DNA from: Desulfovibrio sp. | GTDB taxonomy: Bacteria > Desulfobacterota > Desulfovibrionia > Desulfovibrionales > Desulfovibrionaceae | Reading direction: 5' to 3' | Assembly: GCA_024692205.1 (NCBI GenBank) | Contig: JAILMX010000214.1 | Span: 1,338 to 65,337, forward strand | Length of the DNA stretch: 64,000 bases | In this document: positions 46,758 to 55,537 of the stretch, piece by piece | Numbering within the stretch: the first letter of the stretch is position 1 | Layout of the letters: the number at the start of each line of letters is the position of its first letter | Made by a program: the position numbers and the translations under genes | Notes under the pieces: model-generated | Seen by the model: the letters and a program-made list of their open reading frames with translations, nothing else | Told to the model about the DNA's origin: nothing | The model's database searches: none

Positions 46758-48617
46758 CTATGCCACGTCGTGGGCCCCATCGGCATCATCGTTGTCTTCT
46801 CGTGAAGCGGCCTCTTGCTTCAGTGCCTCGGCGCGCTTCAAGAGCTGTTCAAGCTGTATGTCCGCTCCGAGTACGCCGACTATGCGGTCATCGGCATCCG
46901 TCACGGCGCAGGATACGGTAATGATGAGCTTTTCAGTGAACTGCGACTGGTACACATCCATGATATGAAGATCCCCGGTCCGCATGGGTACCGTGAACCA
47001 TTCGCGCTGCGAGAAATCAAAACCAATCGGCAAGGCCTCGTATCTTTCACGATAGGCAGGGTCCGTTATGGTGGCGCACTTCAGGCTGCCTTTGTCATCA
47101 GTCAGGTACAGATACTGTATGAAGGGGTATTCCCGCGAGAAATTGTCCAGCCGCGCACAGGCCTTCTTATCGAAGCCGAGCATCTCGGTGTTCTTGGCAA
47201 GCCGCAGAATGAGATTGGCGGCGAGTTCTCCTGCAAGTTGCTTCATGCGGTCAAAATCGGAGGAGTACAGTTCCGGCATATACCGCTGCACCAGAGCGTT
47301 CATCTCGTCATAGGAGAAATGCGTGGTGCGGCCTGTTTCTTCGTACACGGCGAGTATGGCGTCGTATATCTGGCCCACAGCCGGATGCTTCTTCGTGATC
47401 TTCCGGTCGTCCGACAGATGCAGGTTCGTGTTGATCCAATAAGCGACGCCCGAGCGGCCCGTCTTGTCGGTGACAATGATGGGCACGGGCCTGCCGAGGA
47501 TGCGTTCCGTATCGAATATGTTGTAAATCTCTTCATTCTTCGTCAAGCCGTCCGCATGAACGCCCGCGCTCGTTGCGTTGAAATCACGCCCCACGAAAGG
47601 ATAGTTGAACGGGATCCTGTAATTCAGTTCTTTTTCAAAATATTCTGCCATTTCACTCAACACGGTCGTGTCCGCGGCGGCATCATCCCCTGTCAGGGAT
47701 ATGTATTCGATGACGAGCGCCTCCAAAGGGGTGTTTCCCGTACGTTCGCCGAAGCCGAACAGGGTCGAATTGACCGCGCCGCAACCGTAAAGCCATGCGG
47801 TCACGCCGTTCACGAGCACCTTGTGGAAATCATTGTGCCCGTGCCATTCAAGCCACTCGCCGGGCACACCCGCCTCATCCGTGAAAGCGCGGACGATGCG
47901 CTGCACCGAACGCGGCAGAGCAGCCCCTGGGTAGGGCACCCCGTAGCCCATGGTGTCGCACAAACGTATCTTGACCGGCATGCCGCTCTGCTGCGAAAGC
48001 TCCATCAGGCGTTGCGCAAGTGGCAGGCAGAAACCGTAGATATCGGCGCGGGTTACGTCCTCAAAATGGCAGCGGGGGATGATGCCCCACTCCAAGGCCT
48101 GCCGCGCCAGATCGACATACATGTCCATGGCCTGCTGGCGCGTTTTGCCCAGCTTGAGAAAGATATGGTAGTCGGACACGCTCGTCAGCATGCCGGTTTC
48201 GTCGAACTCCATGTCACGGGCGAGCTGCAGATCTTCCTTCGTTGCGCGTATCCACGAGGTCACCCTGGGGAAACGATAGCCACGGGCGCGGCAGACATCG
48301 ACGCACTTGCGGTCTCGAACGGAATAGAGAAAGAACTCAGAGGCCGTTATCAAGCCGGTCTTCCCGCCAAGTCTGTGCAGAAAATCAAAAATCCTGGCCA
48401 CCTGGTTCACGGTATACGGGGGTCTTGCCTGCTGGCCGTCGCGAAAGGTGGTGTCGGTAATGCGCATTTGCTCCGCAGGGCGCGGCGGCAGCAGCACATC
48501 GTCGAAATCCGTACGGCAGATGCTGCTGTAGGGAAAAAGGTCGCGATAGAGCTGAGGTTTCTTGGGCTCCTGCATCGATAGCAGGCGGTCACCACCCTTG
48601 CTGCGAATAAGTTTCAT
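46758..48617 (-). CDS. homocitrate/isopropylmalate-synthase-family enzyme (Re-citrate-synthase-like) with C-terminal Cache/PDC-like domain
   Basis: HMGL-like barrel motifs ITDTTFRDGQQ and WHGHNDFH. Residues approx 455-595 carry a Cache-like pattern (REWF ... MDVYQSQFTEKLIITVSCAV ... DDRIVGVLGADIQLEQL). Confidence 0.75.
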   Translation of the reverse strand: MKLIRSKGGDRLLSMQEPKKPQLYRDLFPYSSICRTDFDDVLLPPRPAEQMRITDTTFRDGQQARPPYTVNQVARIFDFLHRLGGKTGLITASEFFLYSVRDRKCVDVCRARGYRFPRVTSWIRATKEDLQLARDMEFDETGMLTSVSDYHIFLKLGKTRQQAMDMYVDLARQALEWGIIPRCHFEDVTRADIYGFCLPLAQRLMELSQQSGMPVKIRLCDTMGYGVPYPGAALPRSVQRIVRAFTDEAGVPGEWLEWHGHNDFHKVLVNGVTAWLYGCGAVNSTLFGFGERTGNTPLEALVIEYISLTGDDAAADTTVLSEMAEYFEKELNYRIPFNYPFVGRDFNATSAGVHADGLTKNEEIYNIFDTERILGRPVPIIVTDKTGRSGVAYWINTNLHLSDDRKITKKHPAVGQIYDAILAVYEETGRTTHFSYDEMNALVQRYMPELYSSDFDRMKQLAGELAANLILRLAKNTEMLGFDKKACARLDNFSREYPFIQYLYLTDDKGSLKCATITDPAYRERYEALPIGFDFSQREWFTVPMRTGDLHIMDVYQSQFTEKLIITVSCAVTDADDRIVGVLGADIQLEQLLKRAEALKQEAASREDNDDADGAHDVA

Positions 48618-48751
48618 ATCTACTGCTCGCTTATGTGCCCGATAGCGTCATACAACATTTCACAATGACCTATGGGATCAAAATCATGCACGACAAGACG
48701 TCTGTATCGCCCCTGCCAAAACAGAATTCTGTGCGTCATTCGGCACGATAA

Positions 48752-48788
48752 CAAAAAACCCCCTCGGAGGAAATGATTCCCGGGGGGG
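48752..48788 (-). terminator. Rho-independent terminator after the YeiH-family operon
   Basis: Minus strand reads CCCCCCCGG-loop-CCGAGGGGG (9 bp, one mismatch) followed by TTTTTTGTTAT. Confidence 0.6.
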
Positions 48789-48830
48789 CGACGTCACGCC
48801 GTTTCAAGGGTGAACACGTCATGCAGAAAA

Positions 48831-49091
48831 TCAGGGCCGGACGGCCAGCCTCCGGCGTTCTGCCATGCCTTCACGAACGGCCTGACGAACATGTTCCTCT
48901 GAAGCCAGGGTGATCGGCACATCCGAATAGTACAGGGCGCCGCTGTCGAGGCCGTTTTCCTCCTGCACCGCGCCATAGCGCTGCCAGTTCGGGCAGACGG
49001 AAACCATTCGCGGGGTCAGCACACTGAAAAAGAACCACAGCCCACAGGAAATGGCCGCCAGCTTCAAAAGGTTTTTTGCCATGACAGGCAT
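48831..49091 (-). CDS. small membrane protein (86 aa), function unknown
   Basis: One hydrophobic helix (LLKLAAISCGLWFFFSVL). ATG at 49091 has GGAG 8 nt upstream. The track start 49121 lies inside a strong hairpin. Confidence 0.45.
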   Translation of the reverse strand: MPVMAKNLLKLAAISCGLWFFFSVLTPRMVSVCPNWQRYGAVQEENGLDSGALYYSDVPITLASEEHVRQAVREGMAERRRLAVRP

Positions 49092-49108
49092 ATCGTCACT
49101 CCGCAACT

Positions 49109-49138
49109 CGGGCCGTCGCATACATCTGCGACGGCCCG
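49109..49138 (-). other. intercistronic GC-rich hairpin
   Basis: Perfect 11-bp stem, CGGGCCGTCGC (49109-49119) with GCGACGGCCCG (49128-49138), 8-nt loop, no U-tract. Sits between the transporter stop (49156) and the small ORF. Confidence 0.6.
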
Positions 49139-49155
49139 AAGATGGTATGAAAATA

Positions 49156-50886
49156 CTAGATCTTGGCGGTGATTTCCGGGAAGACCTTATAGAACATGAT
49201 CCAAGCCATAAGCAGGGTCAATGCCAAGTTGAGGGACTGGCCGCAGACATACAGGATGATCGGCTTACCTCCCTTGAAGTACTTGGCAAGTTCGCGGAAG
49301 TTCGTGCCCAAGCCGATGGAAACGAAGGCCAAGGCGAAGAACCAGCCGCGGAGGGCCTTGGAAGCGGAAAGAACACCCTTGTCGATGCAGATCTTGCCGT
49401 AGTCGGGACCGAGGCTCGAAGCGACCAGCGAGAAGATGATGGAAACGGCAAGGAAACCGATGACAAACTTGGGGAAGCGGTGCCAGATTTCCATAGCCCC
49501 CACTCTCTCGCCGTTCTGCACGTCAATCTTGGTGCTCCAGTACATGGCCACGCAGAAGGCGGTCACACCGATGAGCACGTTCTGAATCATCTTGACGGTA
49601 GCGGCGACCTGCATGGCCTTGGGGCCGATGAAGGCACCGGCAGCGGCCACGGCGCCCGTTGCGTCGATGGTGCCGCCGATCCATGCGCCGCCGAGGATCT
49701 CAGGCATGCCGACAGCCTTGATGACAGCGGGCATGACGACCATCATAATGGCCGTGAAGCAGAGAGAAAGGCCCACGGAAACGGTAAGCTCTTCCTTCTT
49801 CGCGCGGCAGGCGGCAGCCGTAGCGATGGCCGCTGAGGTACCGCACACCGACATGTCGGCGGAGATGACGATGTTCAGGGTTCTGGAGGGCATCTTCAGC
49901 ACCTTCTGGCCGAAGATGTAGGTCGAGATGAGCACGATGGGGGTGACGACCCAGGCGACGAATATGCCGGGGATGCCGATGGCCATCAGCTTGTGGAACA
50001 GCACTTCTGCGCCGAGCAGGACGAGGCCTGTCTTGATGTAGTACTCGACCTGCACACCTTCTTTGAGCCACTTGGGCGTGCCGATGGTGTTGGCAATCAG
50101 CATGCCGATGACGATGGACCAGATTTCAGCATTGAGGCCGTAGAGGGACATGTCCGCCTGCTTGCCGAGGATGTTGGCCACGAGACAGAGGATGTAGACG
50201 CCGACAAAGCCCAGGAAGAACTTGGCCGGGTTGAATCCCATGAAGATGGCGCCGATGGTGGTCAGCACGCCGAGGATGAGGCCGAGGATGGCCAGATTGG
50301 GGATAAGGTTGAAAGGCTTGACGATACCCTTGGATGCCTTCGCAGTGGCTTTCTTGGCATTCTGCCATGCGCCTATTGCCTTTTCAGCGGCAGCGTTCAA
50401 GGTTTTGTCGTTGAAGGCTGCGGCAGCGGCGGCTTCCTGCGCCGTCTTGGCGGCGGCAAGGGCGTCAGCCTCGTCCTTCTTCGCCTTGTCGATGGCGGGC
50501 TTCAGCTTCTCGTTGGCAGGGGCCACGTCGGCCTCGCTCCTCACGAGAGACTTGATCGGATTGGACTTCCACTTGGCGGGGGTCTTCAGTTTGGCCACGA
50601 AATCCTTCACCGAGGGGAGAACCTTGGCGGCCTGCAAGCCTTTCTGATGTGCCTGGGCTTCGAGATATTCAACAGTTTTGAAGGGTTTTGAAGATTCCGC
50701 CTTCATTACCGCCGCATATTCATTGTATTTTTTGTCGATGTCAGCCCTGCCGTTATAGATGAGAACGCTCACCCACGCGAGCAGGATCACGCCGATCCAA
50801 ATCGCCCAGTAGTCTTCCTTTCTCCACAGGTCCGACCATGACGATTTGCCACGATCAATGACGACTTCCGATGTGTCCTGTGACAT
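49156..50886 (-). CDS. YeiH/UPF0324-family (putative sulfate-exporter family) membrane transporter with a large hydrophilic insertion
   Basis: Family motif [17 protein letters not shown] and about 11 predicted helices. ATG at 50886 is preceded by AAGGAGGAA. Residues approx 45-192 are Ala/Lys-rich and hydrophilic. Confidence 0.8.
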   Translation of the reverse strand: MSQDTSEVVIDRGKSSWSDLWRKEDYWAIWIGVILLAWVSVLIYNGRADIDKKYNEYAAVMKAESSKPFKTVEYLEAQAHQKGLQAAKVLPSVKDFVAKLKTPAKWKSNPIKSLVRSEADVAPANEKLKPAIDKAKKDEADALAAAKTAQEAAAAAAFNDKTLNAAAEKAIGAWQNAKKATAKASKGIVKPFNLIPNLAILGLILGVLTTIGAIFMGFNPAKFFLGFVGVYILCLVANILGKQADMSLYGLNAEIWSIVIGMLIANTIGTPKWLKEGVQVEYYIKTGLVLLGAEVLFHKLMAIGIPGIFVAWVVTPIVLISTYIFGQKVLKMPSRTLNIVISADMSVCGTSAAIATAAACRAKKEELTVSVGLSLCFTAIMMVVMPAVIKAVGMPEILGGAWIGGTIDATGAVAAAGAFIGPKAMQVAATVKMIQNVLIGVTAFCVAMYWSTKIDVQNGERVGAMEIWHRFPKFVIGFLAVSIIFSLVASSLGPDYGKICIDKGVLSASKALRGWFFALAFVSIGLGTNFRELAKYFKGGKPIILYVCGQSLNLALTLLMAWIMFYKVFPEITAKI

Positions 50887-51255
50887 GCAATTCCTCCTTA
50901 AAACTATCAATACATGCCGACAGCTCTTTACCAAAACCTTCTGCCCAGCATAAGCAGAATGCCAGAACCGCTCGGCGCTATCGATATCCTCTGACACAAC
51001 CGTTAGCTTTTGTCAAACCACACGGAGAGTGTGCTTTTGATATTTTCCCTTTATTATCAAAGAATTGAAGTCAAAACACAATACTTCGCCAAGCAATTGT
51101 CCGCCGAGGGAATATTGCCGTGTTCCGCATATAGGCGTAAAGGTAGTGGTATGGGATTCCATCGTAGCCGTGGCGACGACAACGACGGGAACAGCCTGAT
51201 CGGTGAACCGCCCAAGGGGGTTCCCCGAAGCCCCCTTTCAGGAGGAAAACACACG

Positions 51256-51894
51256 ATGAAGAAGATCCTGGTGAGCTCGATCCTAGCGGGCATATGCATC
51301 GCTCTCGGCGGAACGGTTTTCCTTCGCCTCAAGGATGCCTTCACGGGGGGCAACGTCATAGGGGCGATTCTTTTCACCGTGGGCCTGCTTACCATCTGCA
51401 CGCGGGGCTACGGCCTCTTCACGGGAAAAGTCTGCTACATTTTCGACAACAATCTGCACTATTTTTGGAACACCCTCTTAATCTGGCTGGGCAACCTCAT
51501 AGGGACCGGCATCTTCGCCCTGGCGGAACGCATGACCGGGATCTGCGGGGGCAAAGGCATCGACGCCGCCGCTCAGGCAATGGTCACGGCAAAGATGGCT
51601 GATTCGCTTGTTTCTCTCTTCATCCTCGGCATCATCTGCAACATCTTCATTTTCATAGCTGTCAACGGCTACGCCAAGAATCCGCACGAGGTCGGCAAGT
51701 ATGTGGCCCTTTTCATGGGGGTGACATGCTTCATCCTCTGCGGCTCGGAGCACTGCGTGGCGGACATGTACTACTGGTGGGTGTCTGGCGTCCTTGTTGC
51801 AAGCCCTGGGAAGTCCATGCTCTGCCTCTCGGTCATAACGGCAGGCAATCTGGCTGGCGGCGTTCTCTTTCCCCTGCTTGAGCGGCGCATATGA
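51256..51894 (+). CDS. formate/nitrite transporter (FNT) family channel, short form (212 aa)
   Basis: Conserved constriction contexts GLFTGK (Thr) and GSEHCVADMYY (His). ATG at 51256 is preceded by AGGAGG. The track start 51010 adds 82 hydrophilic residues with no FNT counterpart. Confidence 0.8.
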   Translation: MKKILVSSILAGICIALGGTVFLRLKDAFTGGNVIGAILFTVGLLTICTRGYGLFTGKVCYIFDNNLHYFWNTLLIWLGNLIGTGIFALAERMTGICGGKGIDAAAQAMVTAKMADSLVSLFILGIICNIFIFIAVNGYAKNPHEVGKYVALFMGVTCFILCGSEHCVADMYYWWVSGVLVASPGKSMLCLSVITAGNLAGGVLFPLLERRI

Positions 51895-51930
51895 GAGCGC
51901 CCCGGCAGGACACGACCACGCAATGACAAA

Positions 51931-51956
51931 GGGGGAACGGCTGGCGCCGTTCCCCC
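51931..51956. terminator. hairpin between convergent FNT and cytochrome genes
   Basis: GGGGGAACGGC (51931-51941) pairs with GCCGTTCCCCC (51946-51956), 4-nt loop. On the minus strand it is followed by TTTGTCATT. Confidence 0.6.
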
Positions 51957-51992
51957 CGAAGTATTGCCACGCCGCCTAGGCGGCACACACTT

Positions 51993-52829
51993 CTACGGAT
52001 GATTGTGGAACTTGTCCGCCACCGCCGAGGAGCCGCTGTGGCAGGGGGTGCAGTCCATGTTGCCCTTCTGCATGTCGGAGGCCTGCCCCTTTCCATGACA
52101 CGACGTGCATCCGGCGACGGATTCCTGCTTGGCAAGCGCGCCCTTCCATTCCTTGCCGGCATCGATTTTCGCATTGAGTATCTCAATGGCCTTTATGGAG
52201 ACGTCGGCCGTGATGCGCCCGCAGCGTTCGCTGCGTTCCTTGCTGTTGGCCGCCTTGCCCGTCTTGTGGCACCACGTCGATACGGAGACATGGCAGAGGA
52301 CGGAGCGGGAAACGCTGGTGGGCAGCTCGCCCTTGACGCCCTGCGCGGCATCGCCGGGGTTGTAGACCGGGAATGCCGTTTTCTCATACCAACGGAAAAG
52401 CTCGCTGACCATGGGGTTGGCTTGCTTGCGGGGGAAAAAGCAGAAGAAGGCTGCCGCCGCGCCTGCGAGGGCTCCGCAGACCGTGCCCCAATCGGCGACG
52501 CCGCCCTTGAACATCTCCATCATGGAGAAAGGAAATGTATTGTACGGGGCGCCGTACTTTTCGGCCATCGTGCCGACTATGCTGTAGAACACGCCGTAGC
52601 CGCAACCGAACCCCTTGTACCAGTATCCGTCATAGGCAACGGGCGCGCATTCCGCCGCGACGAGCTTTTTCGGCTCCCAGCTGAATTCCCCACCCATCTG
52701 GGCGAAATGGCCGTTCTTGCCTTCCGACATGGCCGGCGCAGCCATGGAATTGCCTGAGAGGGAGGCCAAAGCCCCACCGGCAACCAAGCCACCCATTGCG
52801 CCGAGCATTGCTCTTCTCGAAAAATCCAT
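51993..52829 (-). CDS. Tat-exported dihaem c-type cytochrome with Cys-rich redox domain (split-Soret cytochrome c-like)
   Basis: Twin-arginine signal (FSRRAMLG), Cys-rich C_GCAxxG_C_C-like body (GFGCGYG, WGTVCGALAG, LCHVSVSTWCH), two C-terminal haem motifs CTSCH and CTPCH. AAGGAGG SD. Confidence 0.7.
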   Translation of the reverse strand: MDFSRRAMLGAMGGLVAGGALASLSGNSMAAPAMSEGKNGHFAQMGGEFSWEPKKLVAAECAPVAYDGYWYKGFGCGYGVFYSIVGTMAEKYGAPYNTFPFSMMEMFKGGVADWGTVCGALAGAAAAFFCFFPRKQANPMVSELFRWYEKTAFPVYNPGDAAQGVKGELPTSVSRSVLCHVSVSTWCHKTGKAANSKERSERCGRITADVSIKAIEILNAKIDAGKEWKGALAKQESVAGCTSCHGKGQASDMQKGNMDCTPCHSGSSAVADKFHNHP

Positions 52830-52887
52830 ACGCCCTCCTTACAGTTTGGGTCCCAGTAGAATCGCCGTAAACCTGTCAGTGTTTATC

Positions 52888-52902
52888 TTGCACGAAATGC
52901 AA
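52888..52902. promoter_or_regulatory. palindrome TTGCA-N5-TGCAA upstream of the cytochrome gene
   Basis: Perfect 5+5 inverted repeat centred 66 nt upstream of ATG 52829, followed by an A-tract. Geometry resembles CRP/FNR-family sites but the half-sites differ from the FNR and CRP consensus. Confidence 0.35.
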
Positions 52903-53014
52903 AAAAATAACAAGCGGCGTTTGGTTTTCATACCCCCGGTTCAATGGCCGCACATGCCGCCTTCAGCGCATACGCATCATGCCATGAGGGAAAACGTGCG
53001 CGCCGGCTTTTTTG

Positions 53015-54283
53015 CTATGCCTTTTCCAGTGCCTGCGTCAGGTCTGCGATGATGTCATCGGCATTTTCCAAACCCACCGACAGTCTGACCATTCCCGGGT
53101 CGATCCCGGCATCCGCAAGCTGCGCGTCGTTCAACTGCCGATGTGTCGAACTGGCCGGATGCAGCACGCAGGTCCGGAGGTCGGCCACATGCACCTGCAG
53201 CGAGATCATGCCGAGGCTGTCGATAAATCGCGCTCCCGCATCCCTTCCCCCCTTGAGCGAGAAAGAGATGACGCCGCTCGCCCCCTTGGGGACGTACTTC
53301 GCGGCGAGGGCCCTGTCCGGGCTCGAAACCAGGCCGGGATACTTCACGCTCGCCACCTTCGGATGCGCGGAGAGGAACTCCGCGCAGACTTCGGCATTCC
53401 GGCAGTGGCGCTCCATGCGCAGGGGCAACGTCTCCAGACCCAGGTTCAGGTAAAAGGCGCCCTGAGGCGTCTGGCAGCACCCCATGTCCCGCATGAGCTG
53501 CGCGCGGGCCTTGGCGATATAGGCCGCCTTGCCGAAAGCTTCCGTATAGACGAGTCCGTGATAGGACGTGTCCGGCTCGGTCAGTTCCGGAAAAAGCCCG
53601 TTAGCCTTCCAGTCGAAACTGCCGCTGTCGACGATGACGCCCCCCATCTGTATGGCATGGCCATCCATGTACTTGGTGGTCGAATGCACCACCACATCCG
53701 CTCCGAATTCAAAGGGTCGGCACAGAATCGGCGTCGCGAAGGTGTTGTCAACGATCAGGGGAACATTGTGCGCATGGGCGAGCATGGAGAAGCGCTCAAT
53801 GTCGAACACATCCATGGAAGGATTGGTCAGCGTCTCTCCGAACACGAGGCGAGTGTTCGGCCTGAATGCCTTCTCAATCTCCTCATTTCCGTCACGTTGA
53901 TTGATGAAGGTGACGTCGATGCCGAAGCGCTTCAGCGTGACGGCGAAGAGGTTGAACGTGCCACCGTAGATGCTTGAGGCGCACACGAAGTGATCGCCCG
54001 CCCTGCATATGTTGAGCACGGCGATCATGCTCGCGGCCTGACCAGAAGAGGTGCACAATGCCCCCACCCCGCCCTCGAGGGCGGCTATCTTGCGCTCGAC
54101 GGCGTCCACCGTGGGATTGCCGAGACGCGTGTAGAAGAAGCCTTCCTCGGCGAGATCGAACAGCTTCGCGACCTCATCGGTCGAGTCATATTTGAAGGTC
54201 GTGCTCTGGACGATGGGAAGGACGCGGGGCTCTCCGTTCCTGGGACTGTAGCCGGCATGCTGGCAAAGCGATTCTGTTTTCAT
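53015..54283 (-). CDS. metY: O-acetylhomoserine sulfhydrylase (aminocarboxypropyltransferase)
   Basis: Cys/Met-metabolism PLP enzyme with the PLP-lysine context HSTTKYMDGH and N-terminal SIVQSTTF-like region; 422 aa. Confidence 0.9.
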   Translation of the reverse strand: MKTESLCQHAGYSPRNGEPRVLPIVQSTTFKYDSTDEVAKLFDLAEEGFFYTRLGNPTVDAVERKIAALEGGVGALCTSSGQAASMIAVLNICRAGDHFVCASSIYGGTFNLFAVTLKRFGIDVTFINQRDGNEEIEKAFRPNTRLVFGETLTNPSMDVFDIERFSMLAHAHNVPLIVDNTFATPILCRPFEFGADVVVHSTTKYMDGHAIQMGGVIVDSGSFDWKANGLFPELTEPDTSYHGLVYTEAFGKAAYIAKARAQLMRDMGCCQTPQGAFYLNLGLETLPLRMERHCRNAEVCAEFLSAHPKVASVKYPGLVSSPDRALAAKYVPKGASGVISFSLKGGRDAGARFIDSLGMISLQVHVADLRTCVLHPASSTHRQLNDAQLADAGIDPGMVRLSVGLENADDIIADLTQALEKA

Positions 54284-54509
54284 GGAACATCCTCAAGATA
54301 TTCATAGTTATTTACTTGATTTATCGAATATTTTTTTATCACAGGCCAGAACGATTGACAAGGGAAGCGTGTCTACCAAAATTCGGAATAATTTCGCGAC
54401 GCGCCTTGCGGTTCGCGCGCTATAGGGTTATGCTGGACGCAATCAGTAACGTGGCTGTCGGTGTGGCTCACAAGAATCCGCCGTCTGCCAAATCCCTTGA
54501 GGAGGAAAG

Positions 54510-55523
54510 ATGAAACGCATCTCCGTTCTGCTTCTGGCCTGTGCTTTCACGTTGAGCGCGGCGCTGATCCATGCGCCTGCCATTCAGGCGGCCCCGACCG
54601 TCATCAAAATCGCCGGCATGAAACCCGAAGGCGAGCCTGAGACCATCGCCATGCACCGTTTCGGCGAAATCCTGGAGCAGCTGTCCAAGGGCAAATACAA
54701 AGTCGAGGTGTATCCCAACAGCCAGCTCGGCAAGGAAAACGCCTACATCGCCGCCACCCGCAAGGGTGTCATCCAGATGTGCGCCACCGGCACCCAGACC
54801 TCCGCTCTGCAGAAGTCCATGGGTATGCTTGAGACCCCGATGCTGTACGACAGCTATGAGCACGCTCACCGTGCCATGAACGGCAAGACCTTCGAGCTCA
54901 TCAACAAGGGCTTCCCCGAAAAGTCCGGCCTGCGCATGATCAATGCCTTCCCCTTGGGCTTCCGCCACTTCTACACAAAAAAGCCCGTCAAGAGCATCGA
55001 CGACATCAAGGGCCTGCGCATGCGCGTGCCCAATATTCCCCTGTACACCAACTTCGCCAAGGAATGCGGCATTTCCGGCCAGGCCATGCCCTTCGCGGAA
55101 GTGGTCAGCGCTCTTGACCAGGGCATCATCGACGGCGGCGACAGCCCCTTCTCTGACATCGTGACCAAGAAGATGTACGAGAAATGCCCCCAGATCACCA
55201 CAACCCGTCACATCCTCGTGATCCATGCTCTGTACATCAACGAGAAGTTCTACCAGAGCCTGCCCGCTGAAGATCGTGCCTGGTTTGACAAGGCCGCCAA
55301 GGACAGCGCCGAGGAAGTCTGGGCCAAGGCCGAACAGGTCGACCAGGACGCCATCAAGGAGCTGAAGGCCCACAAGGCCGTCATCAGCGAGCCCTCCAAG
55401 GCCCTGCACGACTTCATGTACGAAGCCGGCAAGCGCAGCTGGAGCCTCTTCCTGGATCCCAAGTCCAACAACTACGTTGAGAACGCCCAGGAAATTCTGG
55501 ACAGCGCGGCGAGCTACCGCTAA
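54510..55523 (+). CDS. dctP: TRAP transporter substrate-binding protein (DctP family)
   Basis: Signal peptide, 337 aa, DctP-family pattern (NSQLGKE ... GLRMRVP ... DGGDSP). AGGAGGAAAG SD. Confidence 0.9.
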   Translation: MKRISVLLLACAFTLSAALIHAPAIQAAPTVIKIAGMKPEGEPETIAMHRFGEILEQLSKGKYKVEVYPNSQLGKENAYIAATRKGVIQMCATGTQTSALQKSMGMLETPMLYDSYEHAHRAMNGKTFELINKGFPEKSGLRMINAFPLGFRHFYTKKPVKSIDDIKGLRMRVPNIPLYTNFAKECGISGQAMPFAEVVSALDQGIIDGGDSPFSDIVTKKMYEKCPQITTTRHILVIHALYINEKFYQSLPAEDRAWFDKAAKDSAEEVWAKAEQVDQDAIKELKAHKAVISEPSKALHDFMYEAGKRSWSLFLDPKSNNYVENAQEILDSAASYR

Positions 55524-55537
55524 CATCTGAAAGAGCC

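Noticed and set aside
50950-51255. Possible known riboswitch (ZTP/pfl, fluoride, cobalamin, Moco, glycine) in the FNT leader.
   Set aside because: Isolated resemblances exist (CGTAGCCGTGGCGAC versus the ZTP CGUGACUGGCGAAC segment; AACCGCC as in fluoride and ZTP motifs). However, the order and partner elements required for those folds, for example CCGCCUGGGC or CUGAUGAUGCC, are absent. I cannot run a covariance model, so this is kept only as an unexplained leader in the findings.
54284-54509. SAM-type riboswitch or T-box upstream of metY in the 226-bp divergent region.
   Set aside because: No SAM-I core elements (for example the GGUGCUAA or GCCC/GGGC pattern) and no T-box sequence are recognisable on the minus strand. 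There is only a short GC hairpin and AT-rich promoter-like DNA.
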